64,000 nucleotides of DNA from Mobula hypostoma (taxonomy: Eukaryota). Both the position numbers and the translations under genes were made by a program. Position 1 is the stretch's first letter. Each line of letters opens with the position of its first letter. Shown in pieces: positions 53,603 through 64,000 of this stretch. The DNA lies in NCBI RefSeq assembly GCF_963921235.1, contig NC_086108.1, forward strand, positions 15,872,001-15,936,000. Direction: 5' to 3'. A model generated the notes under the pieces. That model had not been told where the DNA came from. It searched no databases and saw only the letters and a list, made by a program, of their open reading frames with translations.

Positions 53603-56193
53603 TAGGGCAAAAATCAAAAAGGGCCACTTTTCAGCATAATTGTATAAGGGCTAAGAGTGTTGTAAAAGCAAGCCTGAAGGCTTTGTGTGTCAATACAAGG
53701 AGCATTCATAACAAGGTAGATGAATTGAATGTGCGGATAGTTATTAATGAATATGATATAGTTGGGATCACAGAGACATGGCTTCAGGGTGACCAAGGAT
53801 GGGAGTTCAACGTTCAGGGATATTCAATATTCAGGAGGGATAGACATGAAAGAAAAGGAGGTGGGGTGGCATTGCTGGTTAGAGAGGAGATTAACGCAAT
53901 AGAAAGGAAGGACATTAGCCGGGAGGATGTGGAATCGGTATGGGTAGAGCTGCATAACACTAAGGGGCAGAAAACACTGGTGGGAGTTGTGTATGGGCCA
54001 CCTAACAGTAGCAGTGAGGTTGGGGATGGCATTAAACTGGAAATTAGAAATGCGTGCAATAAAGGAACAGCAATTATAATGGGTGACGTAAATCTACATA
54101 TAGATTGGGTGAACCAAATTGGTAAGGGTGCTGAGGAAGAGGATTTCTTGGAATGTATGCGGGATAGTTTTCTGAACCAACATTTTGAGGAACCAACTAG
54201 AGAGCAGGCTATTCTAGAATGGGTACTAAGCAATGAGGAAGGGTTAGTTAGCAATCTTGTCGTGCGAGGCCCCTTGGGTAAGAGTGACCATAATATGGTG
54301 GAATCCTTCATTAAGATGGAGAGTGATATAGTTAATTCAGAAACAAAGGTTCTGAACTTAAAGAAGGGTAACTTTGAAGGAATGAGACGTGAATTAGCTA
54401 AGATAGACTGGCAAATGATACTTAAAGGGTTGACGGTGGATATGCAATGTCAAGCATTTAAAGATCGCATGGATGAACTACAACAATTGTTCATCTCAGT
54501 TTGGCAAAAGAATAAACCAGGGAAGGTCTAGTGAGATGGAGGAACTGAGGGAAATACATGTTAGTACGGAAGTGGTGTTAGGTAAATTGAAGGGATTAGA
54601 GGCAGATAAATCCCCAGGGCTAGATGGTCTGCATCCCAGAGTGCTTAAGGAAGTAGCCTAAGAAATGGTGGATGCATTAGTGATAATTTTTCAAAACTCT
54701 TTAGATGCTGGACTAGTTCCTGAGGATTGGAGGATGGCTAATGTAACACCGCTTTTTAAAAAAGGAAGGAGAGAGAAACCGGGAAATTATAGACCGATTA
54801 GCCTAACGTCGGTGGTGGGGAAAATGCTAGAGTCAGTTATCAAAGATGTGATAACAGCACATTTGGAAAGCAGTGAAATCATCGGACAAAGTCAGCATGG
54901 ATTTGTGAAAGGAAAATCATGTCTGACGAATCTCATAGAATTTTTTGAGGATGTAACTAGTAGAGTGGATAGGGGAGAACCAGTGGATGTGGTATATTTG
55001 GATTTTCAAAAGGCTTTTGACAAGGTCCCACACAGGAGATTAGTGTGCAAACTTAAAGCACACGGTATTGGGGGTATGGTATTGATGTGGATAGAGAATT
55101 GGTTGGCAGCCAGGAAGCAAAGAGTGGGAATAAACGGGACCTTTTCAGAATGGCAGGCAGTGACTAGTGGGATACTGCAAGGCTCAGTGCTGGGACCCCA
55201 GTTGTTTACAATATATATTAATGACTTGGATGAGGAAATTAAATGCAGCATCTCCAAGTTTGCAAATGACACGAAGCTGATCGGCAGTGTTAGCTGTGAG
55301 GAGGATGCTAAGAGGATGCAGGGTGACTTGGATAGGTTGGGTGAGTGGGCAAATTCATGGCAGATGCAATTTAATGTAGCTAAATATGAGGTTATCCACT
55401 TTGGTGGCAAGAACAGGAAAACAGATTATTATCTGAATGGTGGCCGATTAGGAAAAGGGGAGGTGCAACGAGACCTGGGTGTCATTATACACCAGTCATT
55501 GAAAGTGGGCATGCAGGTACAGCAGGCGGTGAAAAAGGCGAACGGTATGCTGGCATTTATAGCGAGAGGATTCGAGTACAGGAGCAGGGAGGTACTACTG
55601 CAGTTGTACAAGGCCTTGGTGAGACCACACCTGGAGTATCGTGTGCAGTTTTGGTCCCCTAATCTGAGGAAAGACAGTCTTGCCATAGAGGGAGTACAAA
55701 GAAGGTTCACCAGATTGATTCCTGGGATGGCAGGACTTTCATATGATGAAAGATTGGATCAACTAGGCTTATACTCTCTGGAATTTAGAAGATTGATGGG
55801 GGGATCTTATTGAAACATATAAAATTCTAAAGGGATTGGACAGGCTAGATGTAGGAAGATTGTTCCCAATGTTGGGGAAGTCCAGAATGAGAGGTTACAG
55901 TTTGAGGATAAAGGGGAAGCCTTTTAGGACCAAGATGAGAAAAAACTTCTTCACACAGGGAGTGGTGAATCTGTGGAATTCTCTGCCACAGGAAACAGTT
56001 GAGGCCAGTTCATTGGCTATATTTAAGAGGGAGTTAGATATGACCCTTGTGGCTAAAGGGTTCAGGGGGTATGGAGAGAAGGCAGGTACAGGGTTCTGAG
56101 TTGGATGATCAGCCATGATCATACTGAATGGTGGTGCAGGTTCAAAGGGCTGAATGGCCTACTCCTGCACCTATTTTCTATGTTTCTATGTTT
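53603..56193 (+). mobile_element. Young CR1 (EN + RT, internal deletion near 54527) inserted in Gypsy gag
   Basis: ORFs 53557..54531 (GITETWL, SDHN) and 54665..55813 (RT, FAND); (TTTCTATG)n tail; gag resumes on both sides. Confidence 0.95.
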
Positions 56194-56620
56194 ACTCAAA
56201 CTTCCAACCTCCAACCAATCCCTGCCACTCTCACTCAACTGAGCACTGCCACTCATCCAACAACTGAGTGATCCATTCCACCCACGTCTCGTACACCTCC
56301 GCCCCTTTAAGGGTGGACATTATCCCATAAACCAGGTGGAGCCTGCCATAGCTGAAACATTTATTCACAGACACTACCTCTGAATCAGACCACTCTTTCC
56401 TCTCTCTCCTAACAGTATGGACAGCCCATTGATGCCTCAGTTGGGTCACCAATAGACACTGGCAGTCCCACCTCCAACTCGTCAGCGCTAGTCTGAACTC
56501 AAACAAAGACCTCCAGGGTACCAACAGCCACCCCACCCAACACGCATGCAGTAACAATCAGCAATCCCACCGAGGCACACCAGCTTTCCATCCCTGCAGC
56601 ATGCATAATTTAAAGAGGGC
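56194..56620 (-). pseudogene. Gypsy gag remnant (PNMA-like capsid), continuing at about 53300-53602
   Basis: YGRLHLVYGIMSTLKGAEVYETWVEWITQLLDEWQCS..RAVDGVRTVRVNCPIVTAASYLKAGENAF resembles PNMA/Gypsy gag. Confidence 0.7.
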
Positions 56621-56648
56621 GATCACACAGCTTCCTACAAAAATCCAT

Positions 56649-56666
56649 ATCCTGGACGAGCACCCA
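56649..56666 (-). promoter_or_regulatory. Primer binding site, tRNA-Pro type
   Basis: TGGGTGCTCGTCCAGGAT, 16/18 match to TGGGGGCTCGTCCGGGAT, 3 nt after the 5' LTR end. Confidence 0.8.
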
Positions 56667-58070
56667 CAATATAGCCCCCTGGTAAGCCTCAGGCTCACTA
56701 AGCACACTTTCGTCCAGAGGAAGCAGCCTTCAGCCCACCAAACTGGGTAATCAAGTTTGTGTAGATGTTGTGTGATGTACCCCACCCCGCCAAATAACAG
56801 ACAATACACCATATGTGATTAAATGATTACACTTTATGGATCTAACTGGAACTATGTAATTAATAGAGATACAATATAAAAGGAAAGTAAAAGGCGCCAA
56901 ACTTATCAAAGTTCAACCACTTCATGTACAACCGTTGGAGCTCGATGAACGGGGTCTTCTTTCCACCATTCGATCCCCTCCAACCCCCTCGACCCGCTGC
57001 CTGGGACCAACCATGGTGGTCGACCAGAGCGCGTCCAGCACGTTCTTTTTCTTCGGTTCTCCTCCCCAAAACCCTGGGCCTCGGACTCCTGCTCGGGGTC
57101 CATTCTGTCGCCCAGCTTACAGCATCGCATCTCCTCTCTCTGTCCCCTTCGTGCCTTCTGCCCCAAAGCCCACGAAAACAGTAGCTTACAGATACACAAG
57201 AAAGAATAACATCCATCCCAATTGGTTAACAAATGAATAGACCATAAGACCATAAGACAAAGGAGTAGAAGTTGGCCATTTGGCCCATTGAGTCTGCTCC
57301 ACCATTTTATCATGAGCTGATCCATTCTCCCATTTAGTCCCACTCCCACACCTTCTCACCATAACCTTTGATGCCCTGGCTACGCAGATACCTATCAATC
57401 TCTGCCTTAAATACACCCAATGACTTGGCCTCCACTGCCGCCCGTGGCAACAAATTCCGTAGATTCACCACCCTCTGGCTAAAAAAATTTCTTCGCATCT
57501 CTGTTCTGAGAGGACGCCCTTCAATCCTTAAGTCATGCCCTCTCATACTAGACTCCCTCATCGTGTGAGACAACTTTGCCACATCCACTCTGTCCATGCC
57601 TTCAGACATTCAGAATGTTTCTATGAGGTCCCCCCTCATTCTTCTAAACCCCAAGGTATACAGTCCAAGAGCAGACAAACATTTCTCATAAGTTAACCCT
57701 CCCATTCCCGGAATCATCCTAGTGAATCTTTTCTGTACCCTCTCCGACGTCAGCACATCCTTTCTTAAATAAGGAGACCAAAACTGCTCACAGTACTCCA
57801 AATGAGGTCTGACCAGCGCCTTATAGAGCCTCAACATCACATCCCTGCTCCTATACTCTATTCCTCTAGAAATGAATGCCAACATTGCATTCACCTTCTT
57901 CACCACTGACTCAGCCTGGAGATTAACCTTAAGGGTATCCTGCACGAGGACTCCCAAGTCCCGTTGCATCTCAGAACTTTGAATTCTCTCCTCATTTAAA
58001 TAATAGTCTGCCCATTTATTTCTTCTGCCAAAGTGCATAACCATACACTTTCCAACATTGTATTTCATTT

Positions 58071-58606
58071 AACATACAGCAAAGTTGCTGGTGAACACAG
58101 CAGGCCAGGCAGCATCTCTAGGAAGAAGTACAGTCGACGTTTCAGGCCGAGACCCTTCGTCAGGACTAACTGAAGGAAGAGCTAGTAAGAGAGGCACATT
58201 CCAAGAAAGGATATATGGCTGTGATAGCGAGTCTGAGTTAAAATGTGGTTGAAAAGTTGCAGAGCCGAAGAAATTACAGATGGGGAGCAGTGAGAGATGG
58301 TTTCACTGAACTCCCATTGAAGAGAAGATTTAAACTTCTTCAGTGTAGGCATCACCAGAAGAGGCTCCACAGTAGTGAATTTAAAAACGCAAACACGAGG
58401 AATTCTGCAGATGCTGGAAATTCAAGCAACACACATCAAGGTTGCTGGTGAACGCAGCAGCTCTTCCTTCAGTTAGTCCTGACAAAGGGTCTCGGCCTGA
58501 AATGTTGACCGCAGCTCTTCCTAGAGATGCTGCCTGGCCTGCTGCGTTCACCAGCAACTTTGATGTGTGTTACTTGAATTTCCAGCATCTGCAGAATTCC
58601 TCATGT
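58071..58606. mobile_element. Penelope pLTR-derived insert with inverted repeats
   Basis: 13-bp flanking duplication TTGTATTTCATTT (58058-58070 and 58607-58619); 58071-58183 is inverted relative to 58459-58570. Confidence 0.85.
58132..58167 (-). ncRNA. Minimal type I hammerhead ribozyme motif
   Basis: AGUC-CUGACGA-AGGgucucggCCU-GAAA-CG-UC-GACU: complete core, stem I AGUC/GACU, palindromic ACGU stem III. Confidence 0.75.
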
Positions 58607-59676
58607 TTGTATTTCATTTGCCACTTCTTTGTCCATTCTTCCATTCTATCGAAGTCTCTCTGTAGGCTCTCCGTTTCCTCAACACTACCGGCCCCTCCAC
58701 CTATCTTCGTATCATCAGCAAACTTAGCCACAAAGCCATCTATTCCATAATCCAAATCATTGATGTACAACGTAAAAAGAAGTGGCCCCAACACAGACCC
58801 CTGTGGAGCACCTCTGGTAACCGGCAGCCAACCAGAATAGGATCCCTTTATTCCCACATTGTGTTTCCTGCCAATCAGCCAACGCCCTATCCACATACGT
58901 AACTTTCCTGTAATTCCATGGGCTCTTATCTTGCTAAGTCGCCCCATGTGTGGCACCTTGTCAAAGGCCTTCTGAAAATCCAAATATACAACATCCACTT
59001 CATCTCCCTTGTCTAGCCTACTTGTAATTTCCTCAAAAAATTGTAATAGGTTTGTCAGGCAGGATTTTCCTTTAAGGAAACCATGCTGAGTTCTGCCTAT
59101 CTTGTCATATGCCTCCAGGTACTCTGTAACCTCATCCTTGACAATCGACACCAACAACTTCCCAACTACCAGTGTCAAGCTAACAGGTCTATAATTTCCT
59201 TTTTGCTTCCTTGCCCCCTTCTTAAATAGCGGAGTGACATTTGCAATCTTCCAGTCTTCTGGAACCATGCCAGAATCATTGACTTTTGAAAGATCATCGC
59301 TAATGCCTCCGCAATCTCCACAGCTACTTCCTTCAGAACACGAGGGTGCATTCCATCTGGTCCGGGAGATTTATCTACCTTTAGACTATTCAGCTTCCTG
59401 AGTACTTTCTCTGTTGTAATTGTGACTGGGCACACTTCTCTTCCCTGCCACCCTTGAGTGTCCGGTATACTGCTGATGTCTTCCTCAGTGAAGACTGATG
59501 CAAAATACTCGTTCAGTTCCTCCGCCATCTCCTTATCTCCCATTACAATTTCTCCAGCATCATTTTCTATCGGTCCTATATCCACTCTCACCTGTCTTTT
59601 ACTCTTTATATATTTGAAAAAGCTTTTAGTATCCTCTTTGATATTATTTGCTAGCTTCCTTTCATAGTTCATCTTT

Positions 59677-61262
59677 TGCAGATAAATCCCCAGGGCCAGA
59701 TGGTCTGCATCCCAGAGTGCTTAAGGAAGTGGCCCAAGAAATAGTGGATGCATTAGTGATAATTTTTCAAAACTCGTTAGATTCTGGACTAGTTCCTGAG
59801 GATTGGAGGGTGGCTAATGTAACCCCACTTTTTAAAAAAGGAGGGAGAGAGAAACCGGGGAATTATAGGCCGGTTAGCCTAACGTCGGTGGTGGGGAAAC
59901 TGCTGGAGTCAGTTATCAAGGATGTGATAACAGCACATTTGGAAAGCGGTGAAATGATCGGACAAAGTCAGCATGGATTTGTGAAAGGAAAATCATGTCT
60001 GACGAATCTCATAGAATTTTTTGAGGATGTAACTAGTAGAGTGGATAGGGGAGAACCAGTGGATGTGGTATATTTGGATTTTCAAAAGGCTTTTGACAAG
60101 GTCCCACATAGGAGATTAGTGTGCAAACTTAAAGCACACGGTATTGGGGGTAAGGTATTGGTGTGGGTGGAGAATTGGTTAGCAGACAGGAAGCAAAGAG
60201 TGGGAATAAACGGGACCTTTTCAGAATGGCAGGCGGTGACTAGTGGGGTACCGCAAGGCTCAGTGCTGGGCCCCCAGTTGTTTACAATATATATTAATGA
60301 CTTGGATGAGGGAATTAAATGCAGCATCTCCAAGTTTGCGGATGACACGAAGCTGGGTGGCAGTGTTAGCAGTGAGGAGGATGCTAAGAGGATGCAGGGT
60401 GACTTGGATAGGTTGGGTGAGTGGGCAAACTCATGGCAGATGCAATTTAATGTGGATAAATGTGAAGTTATCCACTTTGGTGGCAAAAATAGGAAAACAG
60501 ATTATTATCTGAATGGTGGCCGATTAGGAAAAGGGGAGGTGCAACGAGACCTGGGTGTCATTATACACCAGTCATTGAAAGTGGGCATGCAGGTACAGCA
60601 GGCGGTGAAAAAGGCGAACGGTATGCTGGCATTTATAGCGAGAGGATTCGAGTACAGGAGCAGGGAGGTACTACTGCAGTTGTACAAGGCCTTGGTGAGA
60701 CCACACCTGGAGTATTGTGTGCAGTTTTGGTCCCCTAATCTGAGGAAAGACATCTTTGCCATAGAGGGAGTACAAAGAAGGTTCACCAGATTGATTCCTG
60801 GGATGGCAGGTCTTTCATATGAAGAAAGACTGGATGAACTGGGCTTGTACTCGTTGGAATTTAGAAGATTGAGGGGGGATCTGATTGAAACGTATAAGAT
60901 CCTAAAGGGATTGGACAGGCTGAATGCAGGAAGATTGTTCCCGATGTTGGGGAGGTCTAGAACGAGGGGTCACAGTTTGAGGATAGAGGGGAAGCCTTTT
61001 AGGACCGAGGTTAGGAAAAACTTCTTCACACAGAGAGTGGTGAATCTGTGGAATTCTCTGCCACAGCAAACTGTTGAGGCCAGTTCATTAGCTATGTTTA
61101 AAAGGAAGTTAGATATGGCCCTTGTGGCTACAGGGGTCAGGGGGTATGGAGGGAAGGCTGGGTTCTGAGTTGGATGATCAGCCATGATCATAATAAATGG
61201 CGGTGCAGGCTCGAAGGGCCGAATGGCCTACTCCTGCACCTATTTTCTATGTTTCTATGTTT
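59677..61262 (+). mobile_element. Young 5'-truncated CR1 with intact RT frame
   Basis: ORF 59648..61168 (DKSPGPDG..KFADD..WNSLP), (TTTCTATG)n tail; splits the minus-strand CR1. Confidence 0.95.
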
Positions 61263-62474
61263 TCCCTCTTAATGACCTTCTTAGTTTCTTACGATGATAA
61301 GAGATAATTCAAGAGAATACAATTATCAGTAATATAACCCAAACAAGCTGCTAGAGAGAGAACCAGTCTCAGCAGTTAACATCACAGAGAAGCCATTTTA
61401 TTTTTAACATAACAAAGAAGCCATTTTATTCACCTTAGCAGTAACATAAAAGAAGAAACCCCTTACAACAATGTTACCATCAGCAAGGAGGTACAGAAGC
61501 CTGAAGGCACACATACTCAATGATTCAGAAACAGCTTCTTCCCCTCTGCCACCAGATTTCAAAGTTTTAAAGTTTCAAAGAACATTTATTATCAAAGAAT
61601 GGATTACTTATACACCCTTCAATTTTGTTTGCTTACAGGTAGCCATGAAGCAAGAAACCTAAAAGAACCCAATTTTTAAAAAAGACCAACACCTGATGTG
61701 CAAGAGGAAGGAAAACAAAAACTCAGATCATGCTATCTGATCACAAATTTGAATGGACATTGAACCCATCAGCACCACCTCACTGCTTTTTTATTTTTAT
61801 TTTTGCACCACTTATTTAATTAACTGTAATTAATATATACTTACTGTAATTTATTATTTGATTTTTTTTCTCTGTTGTTTTGTATTGCATTGTACTGCTG
61901 CCGCAAAGGCAACAAATTTCACGACTTATGCCTGTGATATTAAACCTGAGTCTGATTCTGCTTTGCTTTTGGGTCAAGCCTCTACATTTCCTGACATGGG
62001 GGGGTGAACATAAGACCTTATGGAGCACCAATGTTTGGAATAATCGGGCAGAGTTATTGCTGCCTGTCCTTTCTGACTGTGGTCTTTTGGTCAGGTAGTA
62101 AGTGATCCAGATTCAGAGGGAGGCATTAACTCCCAGTGTCTGGAGAATGGTGATGTGTTTGCTTGAAATTAGAGTATTGAAGGCAGAGCTGTAGTCAATA
62201 AACAATAATCTAATGAGGATATCTTTACTATCCAGTTGCTCCAGAGATGAGTGTAGGGCCAAGGAGATGGTCTCTATCTTAGGCTTGTTTTGACGGTAGG
62301 CAAATTTCAGTGGATAGAAGGCGAGAGTTAATATGTGCCATGGCCTCCCCCTCAAGGCACTCCATGATGCTAGATGTCAGGGCCACTGAGTGGTGGTCAT
62401 TAAATCACGTTATCTTGTTACAACTTTTCTTTCCTGTGGTTTTACATCCATAGGCATCCGTTAGTCTCCTGAGA

Positions 62475-64000
62475 CATAGAAACATAGAAAATAGGCGCAG
62501 GAGTAGGCCATTCGGCCCTTCGAGCCTGCACCGCCATTCAGTATGATCATGGCTGATCATCCAACTCAGAACCCTGCACCAGCCTTCCCTCCATACCCCC
62601 TGATCCCTTTAGCCACAAGGGCCATATCTAACTCCCTCTTAAATATAGCCAATGAACTGGCCTCAACTGTTTCCTGTGGCAGAGAATTCCACAGATTCAC
62701 CACTCTCTGTGTGAAGAAGTTTTTCCTAATCTCGGTCCTAAAAGGCTTCCCCTTTATCCTCAAACCGTGACCCCTCGTTCTGGACCCCCCCCCCAACATC
62801 AGGAACAATCTTCCTGCATCTAGCCTATCCAATCCCTTTAGGATTTTATACGTTTCATTCAGATCCCCCCTCAATCTTCTAAATTCCAACGAGTATAAGC
62901 CTAGTTCATCCATTCTTTCATCATATGAAAGTCCTGCCATCCCAGGAATCAATCTGGTGAACCTTCTTTGTACTCCCTCTATGGCAAGGATGTCTTTCCT
63001 CAGATTAGGGGACCAAAACTGCACACAATACTCCAGGTGTGGTCTCACCAAGGCCTTGTACAACTGCAGTAGTACCTCCCTGCTCCTGTACTCGAATCCT
63101 CTTGCTATAAATGCCAGCATACCATTCGCCTTTTTCACCGCCTGCTGTACCTGCATGCCCACTTTCAATAACTGGTGTACAATGACACCCAGGTCTCGTT
63201 GCACCTCCCCTTTTCCTAATCGGCCACCATTCAGATAATAATCTGTTTTCCTGTTCTTGCCACCAAAGTGGATAACTTCACATTTATCCACATTAAATTG
63301 CATCTGCCATGAATTTGCCCACTCACCTAACCTATCCAAGTCACCCTGCATCCTCTTAGCATCCTCCTCACAGTCAACACTGCCGCCCAGCTTCGTGTCA
63401 TCCGCAAACTTGGAGATGCTGCATTTAATTCCCTCATCCAAGTCATTAATATATATTGTAAACAACTGGGGTCCCAGCTCTGAGCCTTGCGGTACCCCAC
63501 TAGTCACTGCCTGCCATTCTGAAAAGGTCCCGTTTATTCCCACTCTTTGCTTCCTGTCTGCCAACCAATTCTCTATCCACATCAATACCTTACCCCCAAT
63601 ACCGTGTGCTTTAAGTTTGCACACTAATCTCCAGTGTGGGACCTTGTCAAAAGCCTTTTGAAAATCCAAATATACCACATCCACTGGTTCTCCCCTATCC
63701 ACTCTACTAGTTACATCCTCAAAAAATTCTATGAGATTCGTCAGACATGATTTTCCTTTCACAAATCCATGCTGACTTTGTCCGATGATTTCACTGCTTT
63801 CCAAATGTGCTGTTATCACATCTTTGATAACTGACTCTAGCAGTTTCCCCACCACCGATGTTAGGCTAACCGGTCTATAATTCCCTGGTTTCTCTCTCCC
63901 TCCTTTTTTAAAAAGTGGGGTTACATTAGCCACCCTCCAATCCTCAGGAACTAGTCCAGAATCTAAAGAGTTTTGAAAAATTATCACTAATGCATCCACT
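62475..64000 (-). mobile_element. Young CR1 with open RT frame, running off the window end
   Basis: ORF 62566..63999; CATAGAAA tail at 62475. Confidence 0.95.

Larger units (their letters stand above)
57240..59676 (-). mobile_element. CR1 ((TCTTATGG)n-tailed subfamily) inserted in the 5' LTR; its last about 27 bp lie at 61263-61290
   Basis: ORFs 59175..59672, 58570..59268, 57610..58068 and 57334..57609; CCATAAGA repeats at 57241. Confidence 0.93.
50525..61467 (-). mobile_element. Gypsy (Metaviridae) LTR retrotransposon, defective or non-autonomous, with nested insertions
   Basis: Two LTRs, PBS, PPT, gag/PR/RT remnants; 4-bp flanks TCAA (50521-50524) and ACAA (61468-61471). Confidence 0.92.
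56670..61467 (-). repeat. Gypsy 5' LTR, split into 56670-57239 and 61315-61467
   Basis: Both parts colinear with the 3' LTR; GAATA duplicated at the break. Confidence 0.9.
47990..61960 (+). mobile_element. Rex1/Babar-like LINE, fragmented by nested insertions (pieces 47990-48350, 49798-50524, 61468-61960)
   Basis: [52 protein letters not shown]; sequence reads through across both inserts; CTGAGTCTGATTCTG tail. Confidence 0.8.

Noticed and set aside
59648..59700. Twin-priming inversion of a single CR1 at the head-to-head junction
   Set aside because: The two sides are different subfamilies, and the minus-strand copy resumes at 61263, so this is a nested insertion.

Overview
Vertebrate genomic DNA. 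The repeat repertoire (CR1 with (TTTCTATG)n tails, V-SINE/HE1-like SINEs, Penelope pLTRs) suggests a cartilaginous fish; this is an inference. The only host gene I can support is the 3' end of RABGAP1L on the + strand: six phase-0 coding exons at 21860-34184 encoding the C-terminal coiled coil, with a 3' UTR to about 35060 and a candidate upstream alternative terminal exon at 12391-13500. The rest is mostly transposable elements: many CR1 LINEs (one with an open 1025-aa EN+RT frame, plus a young near-identical subfamily), Rex1/Babar-like LINEs, Penelope fragments carrying minimal hammerhead ribozyme motifs, tRNA-derived SINEs, a mariner-derived foldback MITE and a Gypsy LTR element (50525-61467, minus strand) inside a four-layer nest. 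The most unusual observation is in this Gypsy element. It keeps its LTRs, PBS, PPT, PNMA-like gag, protease, RT and the extreme pol tail, but where RNase H and integrase should be it carries about 435 bp that translate into three non-contiguous pieces of a sarcomeric myosin heavy-chain rod, suggesting a captured host mRNA. Family assignments rest on recalled motifs, not database searches.
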